A stretch of 32,000 nucleotides of DNA from an uncultured archaeon (GTDB lineage Archaea > Asgardarchaeota > Jordiarchaeia > Jordiarchaeales > Jordiarchaeaceae). The stretch lies in assembly GCA_964510585.1 (NCBI GenBank), contig CAZECW010000082.1, positions 3,704-35,703 of the forward strand. Direction: 5' to 3'. Below, one piece after another: positions 9,645-18,760 of the stretch; the first letter of the stretch is position 1; every line of letters begins with the position of its first letter. The position numbers and the translations under genes are program-made. Below the pieces are notes generated by a model. That model was not told where the DNA came from, made no database searches, and saw only the letters and a program-made list of their open reading frames with translations.

Positions 9645-12068
9645 ATGAGTTATTATGTTTGTATTCATGGTCACTTTTATCAGCCGCCTAGGGAAAATCC
9701 TTGGCTGGAAGAGGTTGAACTCCAAGAGGGAGCTCATCCTTACCATGATTGGAACGAAAAAATAACGGCCGAGTGTTATGCTCCCAATACGGCTTCCCGC
9801 ATCCTTAACAGCGAAAGAAAGATTATTGAAATTGTGAACAATTATTCAAAAATCAGTTTTGACTTTGGTCCAACACTACTTTTATGGCTGGAGAGACACG
9901 CACCCGAAGTGTACCAAGTAATTATTGAAACTGATAAGGAATGCCAGAAGAAATATTCGGGACACGGACCCGCCATCGCTCAGGTTTATAATCACATGAT
10001 AATGCCCCTTGCCAATAGCAGAGATAAGCGTACTCAAGTGGTTTGGGGAATAAGGGATTTTGAGCACCGGTTCGGTAGGAAACCCGAAGGCATGTGGCTC
10101 CCTGAAACTGCTGTGGATCTTGAAACACTAGACATAATGGCGGAGTACGGCATAAAATTCACTATATTAGCTCCTCACCAAGCCAGTCGGATTAGAAAAA
10201 TAGGAGAGGAGAAATGGAATAATGTTTTGGGCGGAAATATTAATCCTAAGATGCCTTACCTGTGTAGGCTTCCCTCGGGAAGATCGATTAGTATCTTTTT
10301 CTACGACCAGTCTGTGTCTCTAGATGTTGCTTTCGGCGACCTTTTGAAAAATGGAGAGAATTTCGCGTTAAAAATTGTTAGGAGCTTTTCCCAAGCTCAG
10401 AGACAACCCCAGATTGTACACATTGCCACTGATGGAGAAACTTATGGTCACCACCTGAAATTTGGCGATATGGCTCTCTCCTATTGCCTTCACTACATAG
10501 AATCAAGAAATCTTGCTCAAATCACAATATATGGAGAGTATCTGGAAAAGAATCCCCCCACATATGAAGTGGAAATTATTGAGAACACTTCCTGGAGCTG
10601 CTTTCATGGTATTGAGAGGTGGAGAAGCGATTGCGGATGCAGAATGGGAGCTGAACCAGAGTTCAAACAAGAATGGAGAACTCACCTACGCGAAGCAATG
10701 GACTGGCTAGGCGACAGAGTCAACCTCATCTACGAAAGGGAAATGGCTCAATACATTCAAGACCCTTGGAAGGCGAGGGATGATTACATTGAAGTTATTC
10801 TTGACAGATCCATTGAGAACGTGGAGCGATTCCTTTCCAAGCATAGCAAAAAGCAACTATCCAAGGAAGAAAAGGTAAGGGTACTTAAGCTTTTGGAGAT
10901 GCAGCGAAACGCCCTGCTTATGTATACGAGCTGCGGTTGGTTCTTTGACGAAATCTCCGGCATTGAATCTACCCAAGTGATGAAGTATGCTGCTCGCGCC
11001 ATGCAGCTTGCCAGGGAAATATGCGGTGTGGATCTAGAACCCGACTACCTCAAAATACTTGAAAAGGCTCCGAGTAACATACCAGAGTATCAAAACGGGG
11101 CCCGAGTATACGACTTATTGGTGAGACCCTCCATTACCGATTTACTTAGAGTGGGGGCACACTACGCCATTTCCTCTATTTTTGGAGAGTATAAGGAAAC
11201 CCAGAAGATATACTGTTACACTGCCAAGAATGAGGCATATGAGAATCTGGAGGCGGAAAATAAAAAATTCGCCGTGGGAAGAGTACGTTTACGTTCAGAT
11301 ATTACTTGGGAAGAGAGTGTGGTAAGCTTTGCAGTTTTACATTTCGGGGATCAAAACCTGATAGTGGGAGTCCGTGAATTCATGGATCGCAAATCTTTTT
11401 CCCAAATGTGTAAAGAGACCAAAAAGGCCTTCCTAAAGGGAGACTTCTCCAAGGTCGCCGACTTGATAAATAAATATTTTGAAAAACAAGTTTATTCCTT
11501 ATCTCAACTTTTCAGAGACGAACAGATAAAAATTTTAAGCAGGATACTTGAACCCACACAAAAAAAGATAGAAAACCTATTTCTGCAAATATACAGAAAC
11601 AATTACCCCATTATCCAAACCCTAAATGAAATGGGAATTTCCCTGCCACAAACTCTGGCTTCTGTCATTGAGTTTACATTAAATAACGCTCTGCGTAAAT
11701 CGCTGGAGGATGAAGACTCCAACATTGAGGAGCTAAAAAAATTGGTTTCAGAAATGAAGAAAAGGTCAATAGAACCGGACAAAACCGACATGGGATTTGT
11801 AGCGAGCCAGAAAATTAATAAACTCATGGATAGACTCGCACAGGCACCTCAGGATAGCTCTCTTCTGGAAAACATAGTGAAAACTCTTAATATTCTAAGC
11901 GTATTTCCTCTAGAACTGAACCTCTGGAAGGCTCAAAACATATATTTCTCCGTAGGAAAAAAGTTCTGCGGCCCGATGCAGAAAAAAGCAGAAACCGACC
12001 CCCACGCAAAAATGTGGTTAGACTATTTCAATGAACTAGGAGAATTTTTAGGAGTGAAATGTGTATAG
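9645..12068 (+). CDS. GH57 glycoside hydrolase with DUF3536 (amylopullulanase-like)
   Basis: HGHFYQPPRENPW, GMWLPETAVD (nucleophile Glu), ATDGETYGHH (acid/base Asp), MYTSCGWFFDEISGIE. GGAGG lies 7 nt before the ATG. Confidence 0.9.
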   Translation: MSYYVCIHGHFYQPPRENPWLEEVELQEGAHPYHDWNEKITAECYAPNTASRILNSERKIIEIVNNYSKISFDFGPTLLLWLERHAPEVYQVIIETDKECQKKYSGHGPAIAQVYNHMIMPLANSRDKRTQVVWGIRDFEHRFGRKPEGMWLPETAVDLETLDIMAEYGIKFTILAPHQASRIRKIGEEKWNNVLGGNINPKMPYLCRLPSGRSISIFFYDQSVSLDVAFGDLLKNGENFALKIVRSFSQAQRQPQIVHIATDGETYGHHLKFGDMALSYCLHYIESRNLAQITIYGEYLEKNPPTYEVEIIENTSWSCFHGIERWRSDCGCRMGAEPEFKQEWRTHLREAMDWLGDRVNLIYEREMAQYIQDPWKARDDYIEVILDRSIENVERFLSKHSKKQLSKEEKVRVLKLLEMQRNALLMYTSCGWFFDEISGIESTQVMKYAARAMQLAREICGVDLEPDYLKILEKAPSNIPEYQNGARVYDLLVRPSITDLLRVGAHYAISSIFGEYKETQKIYCYTAKNEAYENLEAENKKFAVGRVRLRSDITWEESVVSFAVLHFGDQNLIVGVREFMDRKSFSQMCKETKKAFLKGDFSKVADLINKYFEKQVYSLSQLFRDEQIKILSRILEPTQKKIENLFLQIYRNNYPIIQTLNEMGISLPQTLASVIEFTLNNALRKSLEDEDSNIEELKKLVSEMKKRSIEPDKTDMGFVASQKINKLMDRLAQAPQDSSLLENIVKTLNILSVFPLELNLWKAQNIYFSVGKKFCGPMQKKAETDPHAKMWLDYFNELGEFLGVKCV

Positions 12069-12135
12069 AAAAGCCCAACACCAATTTAAGGCCTAAAGAG
12101 AGTAGCCATTTTTCATGTAGAAGGAGGATGCCAAT

Positions 12136-13659
12136 TTGAACATAAGAGCCTGCGGGATTCTTCTCCCCATTCTGTCAATACCTTCACCCTATGGAATCGG
12201 CGACTTCGGTCCATGGGCCTACAAATTTGTGGATTTCTTAGTCGAAACCAGGCAGAGTTACTGGCAGATTCTCCCCTTAACTCCCACAGATCCCTCCTTT
12301 GGCAACACTCCCTATAACAGTTTCTCAGCTTTCGCGGGAAATACTCTCTTTATAAGCCCAGACCTACTTCTCAGTGATGGTCTAATTAAAAAGGAGGATG
12401 TTGAACCTATCCCCTCCTTTCGAAAAAATATCATTGACTATCCAGAAGTTATTCGCTACAAGAACCGTATCTTCGACAGAGCCTACGAACACTTCAAAGT
12501 GGATAGGAGAAACATGTATGAGTATGAAAAGTTCTGTGCGGAAAACTCAAACTGGGTTGAAGACTACTCACTTTTTATGGCTGCAAAGGCGCGCTTTCAA
12601 GGAAAAGTCTGGAGTGAATGGCCACCGGAAATAAGAGACAGTCAACCAGAAGCCCTTCAAAGACTTAAGGAAGAACTACACGATAAGGTTGAGAAAGAAA
12701 AGTTCCTCCAGTACCTCTTCTTTAAACAGTGGTTCTCCCTCAAAAAATATTGCAACCAAAAAGGCATCCAAATCATAGGCGACATACCCATCTACGTTCA
12801 TTACGACAGTGTAGACGTGTGGAAGAACCCCCAATTTTTCAAGCTAGACCAAGAAAAAAGGCCACTGTATGTTTCCGGCGTCCCCCCAGACTACTTTAGT
12901 AGCACGGGGCAACTCTGGGGGAACCCCGTCTATCGATGGGATATGTTAAAACAGGACAACTACGCCTGGTGGATTCGAAGAATGGAACACACCTTAAAGC
13001 TTTACGACTGGGTGCGCATTGACCACTTTCGAGGCTTCGCAGGATACTGGGAAGTTCCTGCAGGTGAAAAAACAGCCGTCAATGGTAGATGGGTGCCGGG
13101 ACCAGGTGAAGATTTCTTCTCCACACTTCTTAGGCACTTCTCTAATCTGCCCATCATAGCAGAAGACTTGGGGGTCATCACTGACGATGTAAGGGAACTC
13201 ATGCGCCACTTCAACCTACCAGGAATGCGTGTACTCTTATTTGCATTCAGCGAAGACCTCCCCACAAATCCCTACGCTCCACACAACCACATTAAAGAAT
13301 GTATAGTTTACACCGGAACCCATGATAACAATACGGTGAGAGGATGGTTTGAAAACGAAGCAACGCCACAGGAAAAAGAAAGAATCTCCAAGTACATTGG
13401 GCGTAAAGTATCTTCCCTGAATGTCCACTGGGAGTTTGTGCGACTTGCAATGATGTCAGTTGCTAACACAGCCATAATACCTATTCAGGACATCTTAGGT
13501 TTGGGTCAAGAGGCGCGGATGAATAAACCGGCAACTACGGAAGGCAACTATAAGTGGCGTCTATCACCGGAACTGATAACCCCAAAAATAGCTGCAAAAC
13601 TACGCGAAATGACAGAAATCTATGGGAGAGCAAAAAAAATCGAGGAAACATTTAAATAA
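12136..13659 (+). CDS. malQ: 4-alpha-glucanotransferase (amylomaltase, GH77)
   Basis: YWQILPL, GDIPIYV, GVPPDYFS-TGQLWGNP, RIDHFRG, IAEDLG, YTGTHDNNT. TTG start after GGAGG. Confidence 0.95.
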   Translation: MNIRACGILLPILSIPSPYGIGDFGPWAYKFVDFLVETRQSYWQILPLTPTDPSFGNTPYNSFSAFAGNTLFISPDLLLSDGLIKKEDVEPIPSFRKNIIDYPEVIRYKNRIFDRAYEHFKVDRRNMYEYEKFCAENSNWVEDYSLFMAAKARFQGKVWSEWPPEIRDSQPEALQRLKEELHDKVEKEKFLQYLFFKQWFSLKKYCNQKGIQIIGDIPIYVHYDSVDVWKNPQFFKLDQEKRPLYVSGVPPDYFSSTGQLWGNPVYRWDMLKQDNYAWWIRRMEHTLKLYDWVRIDHFRGFAGYWEVPAGEKTAVNGRWVPGPGEDFFSTLLRHFSNLPIIAEDLGVITDDVRELMRHFNLPGMRVLLFAFSEDLPTNPYAPHNHIKECIVYTGTHDNNTVRGWFENEATPQEKERISKYIGRKVSSLNVHWEFVRLAMMSVANTAIIPIQDILGLGQEARMNKPATTEGNYKWRLSPELITPKIAAKLREMTEIYGRAKKIEETFK

Positions 13660-13733
13660 GCATTTCTTAATATCTTTAAAAAGTCATATTCTCAAAAACG
13701 GTAACCCACAAAATGTAGAAGAGGGTTGGAAAT

Positions 13734-14543
13734 TTGAAAACCAGAATAAATGATTTTGAAATGTATTATGAGGATGTGGGAAAAGGACCCGCACTAGTTT
13801 TAATTCATGGAATGGGAGGAGACTCAACTGAATGGGCACCTCTGATACCTGAACTCTCTCGGGAAGTTAGGTGTATAGCTGTAGATTTGAGAGGACATGG
13901 AAAATCGGAGAAACCAAATCAACCTTACACTCAAGAGATGTTTGCAGATGATGTTGCAGCCCTCTTGGACACCTTAAAAATAGATAAGGCATACATATGC
14001 GGAGTAAGCATGGGAGGCTTTGTGGCTCTAAAAATGGCATTAAGCCATCCAGAAAAAGTGAAGGGACTAATCCTGATAGATACTGCAGCGCGAATACCAG
14101 CCAAATCCATCGAAGTGGGCGCAAGGTGGGCCAAGGCACTCACCGAAAAAGGATTGGAAGCATACATTGAAGCCGAGATAAAAGACATATTCCACCCCAT
14201 GTTCGTACGCAGACACAAGGATGAAGTGAAAAAATTCGCGGATTCTATGAGGACCCGAGACCCTACAACAGTAGTCAGAATCCAGCAAGGTTATGCGAAG
14301 AGCCCACTAACATTGGAAAAAGACATAAAGAAAATCAAGGCACCAACACTAATCATTCATGGCAGAGAGGATGAGGTGGTACCTGTTGAAGAAGCAGAAT
14401 TTATGCACAAGCAAATCCCAAACTCACAAATCGCAATCATCCCATTCGGCGGCCACGCAGTAGTTCTAGAAAGAAAAGACTTTTTCATAGACGCACTACT
14501 CTACTTCATTGAAGAATCCGAAAAGAAAATGAAAAAATCCTAA
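13734..14543 (+). CDS. Alpha/beta-fold hydrolase (3-oxoadipate enol-lactonase-like)
   Basis: IHGMGG, DLRGHGKS, GVSMGG nucleophile, HGREDEVV acid, GGHAV catalytic His. Confidence 0.9.
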   Translation: MKTRINDFEMYYEDVGKGPALVLIHGMGGDSTEWAPLIPELSREVRCIAVDLRGHGKSEKPNQPYTQEMFADDVAALLDTLKIDKAYICGVSMGGFVALKMALSHPEKVKGLILIDTAARIPAKSIEVGARWAKALTEKGLEAYIEAEIKDIFHPMFVRRHKDEVKKFADSMRTRDPTTVVRIQQGYAKSPLTLEKDIKKIKAPTLIIHGREDEVVPVEEAEFMHKQIPNSQIAIIPFGGHAVVLERKDFFIDALLYFIEESEKKMKKS

Positions 14544-14597
14544 ACTTGAATTTCAAAACACTATCTGGAGAAAGCTCCCAAAAATTTTTTCTGATTA

Positions 14598-15026
14598 CTA
14601 TTTTTTGTTTGCACACTTGGAGCAGTATCCAAAAAAGTTTATGCTTTGACTAATGATTTTGACACGCCTTTTCTCTTGAATTTCATTTACCAATCTTTCG
14701 ACTAGATCTGATTCTACGTCTTCTATCCTGCGGCAATTTAGGCAGTGGATGTTAATATGAGGACTTAGTGTGGTGTCATATACTGTTTTGCCGTCTATTT
14801 GACAGACTGCCTGAATCTCCCCTACTTTCTCTAATAGTTCTAATGTTTTGTAAACTGTGGCCGGGCTTATGGCGGGATTCTTCTTTTTTACTTCCTGGTA
14901 AATCATATAAACGGTAGGATGGTTTTTCATAGATTTTATTATTTTGAATACTTCTAGCCTCTGAGGTGTTACCTTGTATCCCTTACTTCTGAGATAGCTT
15001 ATGAATTCCTGCAAATTTTGAGACAT
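14598..15026 (-). CDS. Fur-family transcriptional repressor (PerR-like), copy 1
   Basis: KVTPQR, HPT, SPATVYKTLELL, PHINIHCxxC, C-terminal GYCxxC. Divergent from the peroxiredoxin. Confidence 0.92.
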   Translation of the reverse strand: MSQNLQEFISYLRSKGYKVTPQRLEVFKIIKSMKNHPTVYMIYQEVKKKNPAISPATVYKTLELLEKVGEIQAVCQIDGKTVYDTTLSPHINIHCLNCRRIEDVESDLVERLVNEIQEKRRVKIISQSINFFGYCSKCANKK

Positions 15027-15037
15027 AATGATTATCT
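15023..15037. promoter_or_regulatory. Fur-box-like 7-1-7 palindrome overlapping the RBS/start codon of Fur copy 1
   Basis: Minus strand reads AGATAAT-C-ATTATGT and contains GATAATCATTAT, as in the classical Fur box. Confidence 0.4.
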
Positions 15038-15199
15038 CACCCTTCCCATGAGTCCTAAGAATATTACACTTTAAATTAAATTTTAGTTAATATTCATTAC
15101 TATATTAAAGTAAACATATTTTTCAATTATAAAAAGCTTTGCCGATGATAAAACGTAAATTGTAGTGTTGGAGTTTCGTTTATCTACAGCAAAGAAACA

Positions 15200-15216
15200 A
15201 AAAATTTAAATAATAC
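15200..15216 (+). promoter_or_regulatory. BRE/TATA-like 17-mer AAAAATTTAAATAATAC, repeated exactly at 16644..16660
   Basis: Exact 17-nt match at two sites, 174 and 157 nt upstream of the two Fur paralogs and in the same orientation relative to them. This copy is also about 107 nt upstream of the peroxiredoxin. Confidence 0.45.
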
Positions 15217-15323
15217 CTGTTCTTAATTAAAAACAAAAATTAATTAATATTTTTTATGATTTAATTCCCCTAAAAGCCTAAAGAACATAATTTAGACTCA
15301 AACATGGAGGAGGCACAAAAATT

Positions 15324-15974
15324 ATGGAAAAAACAGCAGAAGAACAAACAACTTTTTTAGAAATAGGAAAACCAGCACCCGATTTTGAAGCAATAACAAC
15401 ACACGGACCAATAAAACTATCTAATTATAGAGGCAAGTGGGTAATTCTATTCTCCCACCCCGCAGACTTCACACCCGTATGCACCACAGAATTCGTGGCA
15501 TTCGCCAAAATATGGCCAGAACTACAAAAAAGAAACACCCAACTAATAGGATTAAGTATCGACAGTGTCTTTTCCCACATAGCCTGGGTGAGAAACATTG
15601 AAGAGAAACAAAAGATAAAAATACCATTCCCAGTTATTGCAGACTTAGACATGAAGGTGGCAAAATTATACAACATGATTCATAAAGCCACAAGTGAAAC
15701 ATCAGCCGTAAGAACAGTATTCTACATTGATCCTGAAGGCATCCTAAGAGCTATGCTATATTACCCCCTAACTTCTGGAAGAAACATGGATGAAATTCTG
15801 AGACTTCTGGACTCCCTACAAACTGTGGACAGAGCCAAGGTAGCCACGCCAGCCAACTGGAGACCAGGCGATAAGGTCATTGTTCCACCGCCCAGAACAC
15901 AAGCTGAGGCCGAAAAAAGGCTAACTGAAGGATACGAGTGTATAGACTGGTACCTCTGCATGAAAAAATTATAA
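15324..15974 (+). CDS. Peroxiredoxin, Prx6/archaeal family
   Basis: FSHPADFTPVCTTE peroxidatic motif, GLSIDS, FPVIAD, GRNMDEILR, TPANW, C-terminal DWYLC. RBS GGAGGAGG. Confidence 0.95.
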   Translation: MEKTAEEQTTFLEIGKPAPDFEAITTHGPIKLSNYRGKWVILFSHPADFTPVCTTEFVAFAKIWPELQKRNTQLIGLSIDSVFSHIAWVRNIEEKQKIKIPFPVIADLDMKVAKLYNMIHKATSETSAVRTVFYIDPEGILRAMLYYPLTSGRNMDEILRLLDSLQTVDRAKVATPANWRPGDKVIVPPPRTQAEAEKRLTEGYECIDWYLCMKKL

Positions 15975-16052
15975 GCCAAAACAGGACAAAAACCATACCT
16001 TTTTTTATTTTTATAAATGTTATATTTATTAATATTGAACGTTTGGCTAAAC

Positions 16053-16487
16053 CTATTCAGAAGTTTTCTTCTTTTTACATTCCGGGCAGTATCCGAAGTA
16101 GTCATGACTCCGGCTCACTATCTCATATTTAGACTTATCCCTTAATTCGTCATCCAATTCCTTAATTTTTTCTAGGTAGATGTCTTCGACCCTTCCACAC
16201 TCCAAACAGTGAATGTTAACGTGGGGGGTCATGTTTGTTTCGTATCTAATTTTTCCATCCACTACACTAATTTCTTGGATTTCGCCCATTCCTCGCAATA
16301 GTTCTATTGTTTTGTAGACGGTAGCGGGGCTTACTGTAGGATAGTCCTTTTTCACTAGTTGGTAAATTTCCTCAGCAGTGGGGTGTTTACTACTTTTAAT
16401 TACTCTAAATAGCTCAATCCTTTGTGGTGTGACCTTGTGCCCCTTCTTTCTCAGAACTTCAATGAATTTTTCTATGCTGTCGTCCAT
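16053..16487 (-). CDS. Fur-family transcriptional repressor (PerR-like), copy 2
   Basis: KVTPQR, HPTAEEIY, SPATVYKTIELL, PHVNIHCxxC, GYCxxC. Clearly paralogous to 14598..15026. Confidence 0.92.
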   Translation of the reverse strand: MDDSIEKFIEVLRKKGHKVTPQRIELFRVIKSSKHPTAEEIYQLVKKDYPTVSPATVYKTIELLRGMGEIQEISVVDGKIRYETNMTPHVNIHCLECGRVEDIYLEKIKELDDELRDKSKYEIVSRSHDYFGYCPECKKKKTSE

Positions 16488-16643
16488 GGTCTTTTACCGG
16501 CTGCTAAAATTGATAAGTTCCTATTTTAAAAGTTTAATTTCTATTAAACTGTTATAAGATTCTGAATTTAAGGTTTTGGATGCCATTCATAAAATAAATA
16601 CAGTGGATTAGAAGGGATCGGAGCGTTATGTTATAAGGGGAGG

Positions 16644-16660
16644 AAAAATTTAAATAATAC
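16644..16660 (+). promoter_or_regulatory. Second copy of AAAAATTTAAATAATAC, upstream of Fur copy 2; overlaps an AATAAT-N4-ATTATT palindrome (16653-16668)
   Basis: Exact match to 15200..15216. Confidence 0.4.
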
Positions 16661-16856
16661 TGATTATTGAAAAATATTAGAAATTTATTCGTAACAAAAA
16701 TTATTAAAACATAAATCCACAAAAAGATATCCAAGAAAAACACGCCGAAAATAAGCTTCTCACAAAAGGGGAAGTCACGAAAAGCCTGGTCCAACTAGAG
16801 TTCGAAGGAAGGCATAGTTGTTCCAAACTTTTCAGAACGGGAGGAGCCTTTCCCAC

Positions 16857-16912
16857 GACGAGCGTGTGCATCTGTAGACCACCCATGGGGAAGCCCCAAG
16901 CACACGCTCGTC
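16857..16912 (-). other. GC-rich stem-loop element downstream of the ligase stop codon
   Basis: Perfect 13-bp inverted repeat GACGAGCGTGTGC / GCACACGCTCGTC enclosing GGGG-CTT-CCCC. Begins 5 nt after the ligase TGA. Confidence 0.6.
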
Positions 16913-16917
16913 AATAC

Positions 16918-18633
16918 TCATAACGTTTTTGATTTGGCTTTGAACTGGTTCTCGTAGAGCCGTTTCACCTTCTCCATGGTATCTATATCCTCCACATTCT
17001 TATCCTCTCTTATTCTTTTTATCCTTGCAAATCTGAGAGCGTAGCCGGACTCGTACTTTGGAGATTTCTGTATTTCTTCGAAAATTGTTTCCACAACTAT
17101 TTCGGGTTTTACCCTAACTGTCCTTCCATACTCTATGGTCTTTAGCTTTAATAGTTTCTCCGTGATTTCTTCAAATTCTTCGTCTGTGAGTCCTTTGAAA
17201 GTTTTACCTATTATTTGAAGTTCTCCCGTTTCTTCGTTTCTTGCTGCGAGATAGTAATCGCTGAGCCAATTCACTCTTCGCCCATATCCCCAGTCCGCCC
17301 CCACAATCACCAAATCGAGGGCTTCGGTTTCTTTTATTTTTAGCCACTTTTTTCCTCTTCTTCCCGGAGTATATGTGCTCTCAATTTTTTTAGCCATCAG
17401 TCCCTCGTGGCCCTTGTTTTTAGCCTCTTCAAAAAATTCCTGAGCCTTATCAACATCACAGGTTATCAATTGGGGAACAAGCTCTATCTCACCCGCTACT
17501 TGGGAAAGCGCCTTTCTCCTCTCGCTGTAGGGAAGGTCTATTAACAGTTTACCGTCTAGGTAAATTATGTCAAAAAGGTAGAGCTTCACTGGAATTTCTC
17601 TAACCATTTCTTCTATTCCCTTAACTCTGCGAAACCTCTTCATAAGATTTTGAAAAGTGAGTGGACGGGCATCCTTGCCTACTGCTACCGCTTCCCCTTC
17701 TATTATAGCCTCACCAGGCTGAATGTTGTTTCTAACCTGCTCCACCACGTCTGGCAAACTGGTGGTTACTTCAGTCAGCCTTCTACTAAAAATTTTAACC
17801 TCTCCCCCACGGATGTGTATCTGAAGCCGAGCACCATCCAGCTTGTATTCCAGACTAGTTATTCCTCCATGCTCTCTTAGAGCCTCAGCTACACTCTCTA
17901 CAGCTTGGGCGAGCATAGGCTTTATGGGGTGAAAAGGCGTGGGTTTAACATCATCTAGAGCTTGAGGCCCTCCCCGCATTGCTTTTTCCGCCACCTCTCC
18001 CAAATCTCCCATAAGCATGTAAGCCCTCTTTATCATTTCCAAGGGTGCTCCTGAAGCCTTCGCCACAGCCTCCTCCATTAAACCCGAGGAAGCACCATGC
18101 CTCATCTCACCTATCAGGTTTTTTACAATATACTTTGCTTCCAAAGGTTCTGATCTGCTCAGCAGACTGAGAACAAGGTTTTCCTTCTTCTTTTTTGAAC
18201 CACTTCCTTTAGCTTCGGAGATGGATTGAAAACTTCTATAAACTTCAAGTATTGTGAGAGGCTTCGGCAACAATGTTGCCTGCTTTGACACATCTTTTCT
18301 CAACATCAAAATTTTAGCCATGTCACCAAGATCACCCTTCTCGCTGAATGCACTCAGCATCTCTTCGTCTGAAGCCTTGGTAATGCTTCTTATCACCTTT
18401 TGAATAGTCCTCCAAGACACATCCAAAGTCTGACCACTCCACTCGGGAAAAGCTTCACCCACAATCATCCTAATTGAGGGAGCAACCTCCTCTATTGACA
18501 ATTTTTTTAGGAACTGAGCCACCAGATCCACGATTACAAGCCTCTTGGTTGTTGATTCAATTCCCTCACATAGCTCAGCCAAATACCTGTAAAGTGTCTC
18601 ACCCAAATTACCAGTACCCCCAACAGGAATCAA
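16918..18633 (-). CDS. lig: ATP-dependent DNA ligase, archaeal type (DBD + adenylation + OB domains); start TTG 18633 or 18606
   Basis: EYKLDG (motif I), IIEGE, YLFDIIY, EGLMAK, KWLKIK, LRFARI. The ORF-track extension to 18759 runs through low-complexity intergenic DNA. GGAGG precedes TTG 18633. Confidence 0.95.
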   Translation of the reverse strand: MIPVGGTGNLGETLYRYLAELCEGIESTTKRLVIVDLVAQFLKKLSIEEVAPSIRMIVGEAFPEWSGQTLDVSWRTIQKVIRSITKASDEEMLSAFSEKGDLGDMAKILMLRKDVSKQATLLPKPLTILEVYRSFQSISEAKGSGSKKKKENLVLSLLSRSEPLEAKYIVKNLIGEMRHGASSGLMEEAVAKASGAPLEMIKRAYMLMGDLGEVAEKAMRGGPQALDDVKPTPFHPIKPMLAQAVESVAEALREHGGITSLEYKLDGARLQIHIRGGEVKIFSRRLTEVTTSLPDVVEQVRNNIQPGEAIIEGEAVAVGKDARPLTFQNLMKRFRRVKGIEEMVREIPVKLYLFDIIYLDGKLLIDLPYSERRKALSQVAGEIELVPQLITCDVDKAQEFFEEAKNKGHEGLMAKKIESTYTPGRRGKKWLKIKETEALDLVIVGADWGYGRRVNWLSDYYLAARNEETGELQIIGKTFKGLTDEEFEEITEKLLKLKTIEYGRTVRVKPEIVVETIFEEIQKSPKYESGYALRFARIKRIREDKNVEDIDTMEKVKRLYENQFKAKSKTL

Positions 18634-18703
18634 ATTATCCTCCAAAGTTGGATAGCAAATATAAAAACTATAAGTTTTTCTAAAGAAATCCAAAAAAAAG
18701 CCT

Positions 18704-18748
18704 AAAAAAATAATAAAAAAATAATTAAAAAAATAATTAAAAATAATT
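18704..18748. repeat. Short A-tract tandem repeat (A5-7 TAAT(T)) x4; T-tracts on the minus strand probably terminate osmC
   Basis: AAAAAAATAAT AAAAAAATAATT AAAAAAATAATT AAAAATAATT, read directly from the sequence. Confidence 0.55.
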
Positions 18749-18760
18749 ACTGAAAACAAG

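Noticed and set aside
16704-16886. 60-aa minus-strand ORF faintly resembling IS200 TnpA (H..V..APP, W.R.FV) or HEARO/IS605-type ends
   Set aside because: Motif spacing is far too short, there is no HuH or catalytic Tyr context, and the end-like motifs fall on opposite strands.
18634-18759. N-terminal extension of the ligase in the ORF track (MFSVIIFNYFF...)
   Set aside because: It is the translation of a T-rich intergenic tandem repeat. RBS-supported TTG starts lie at 18633/18606.
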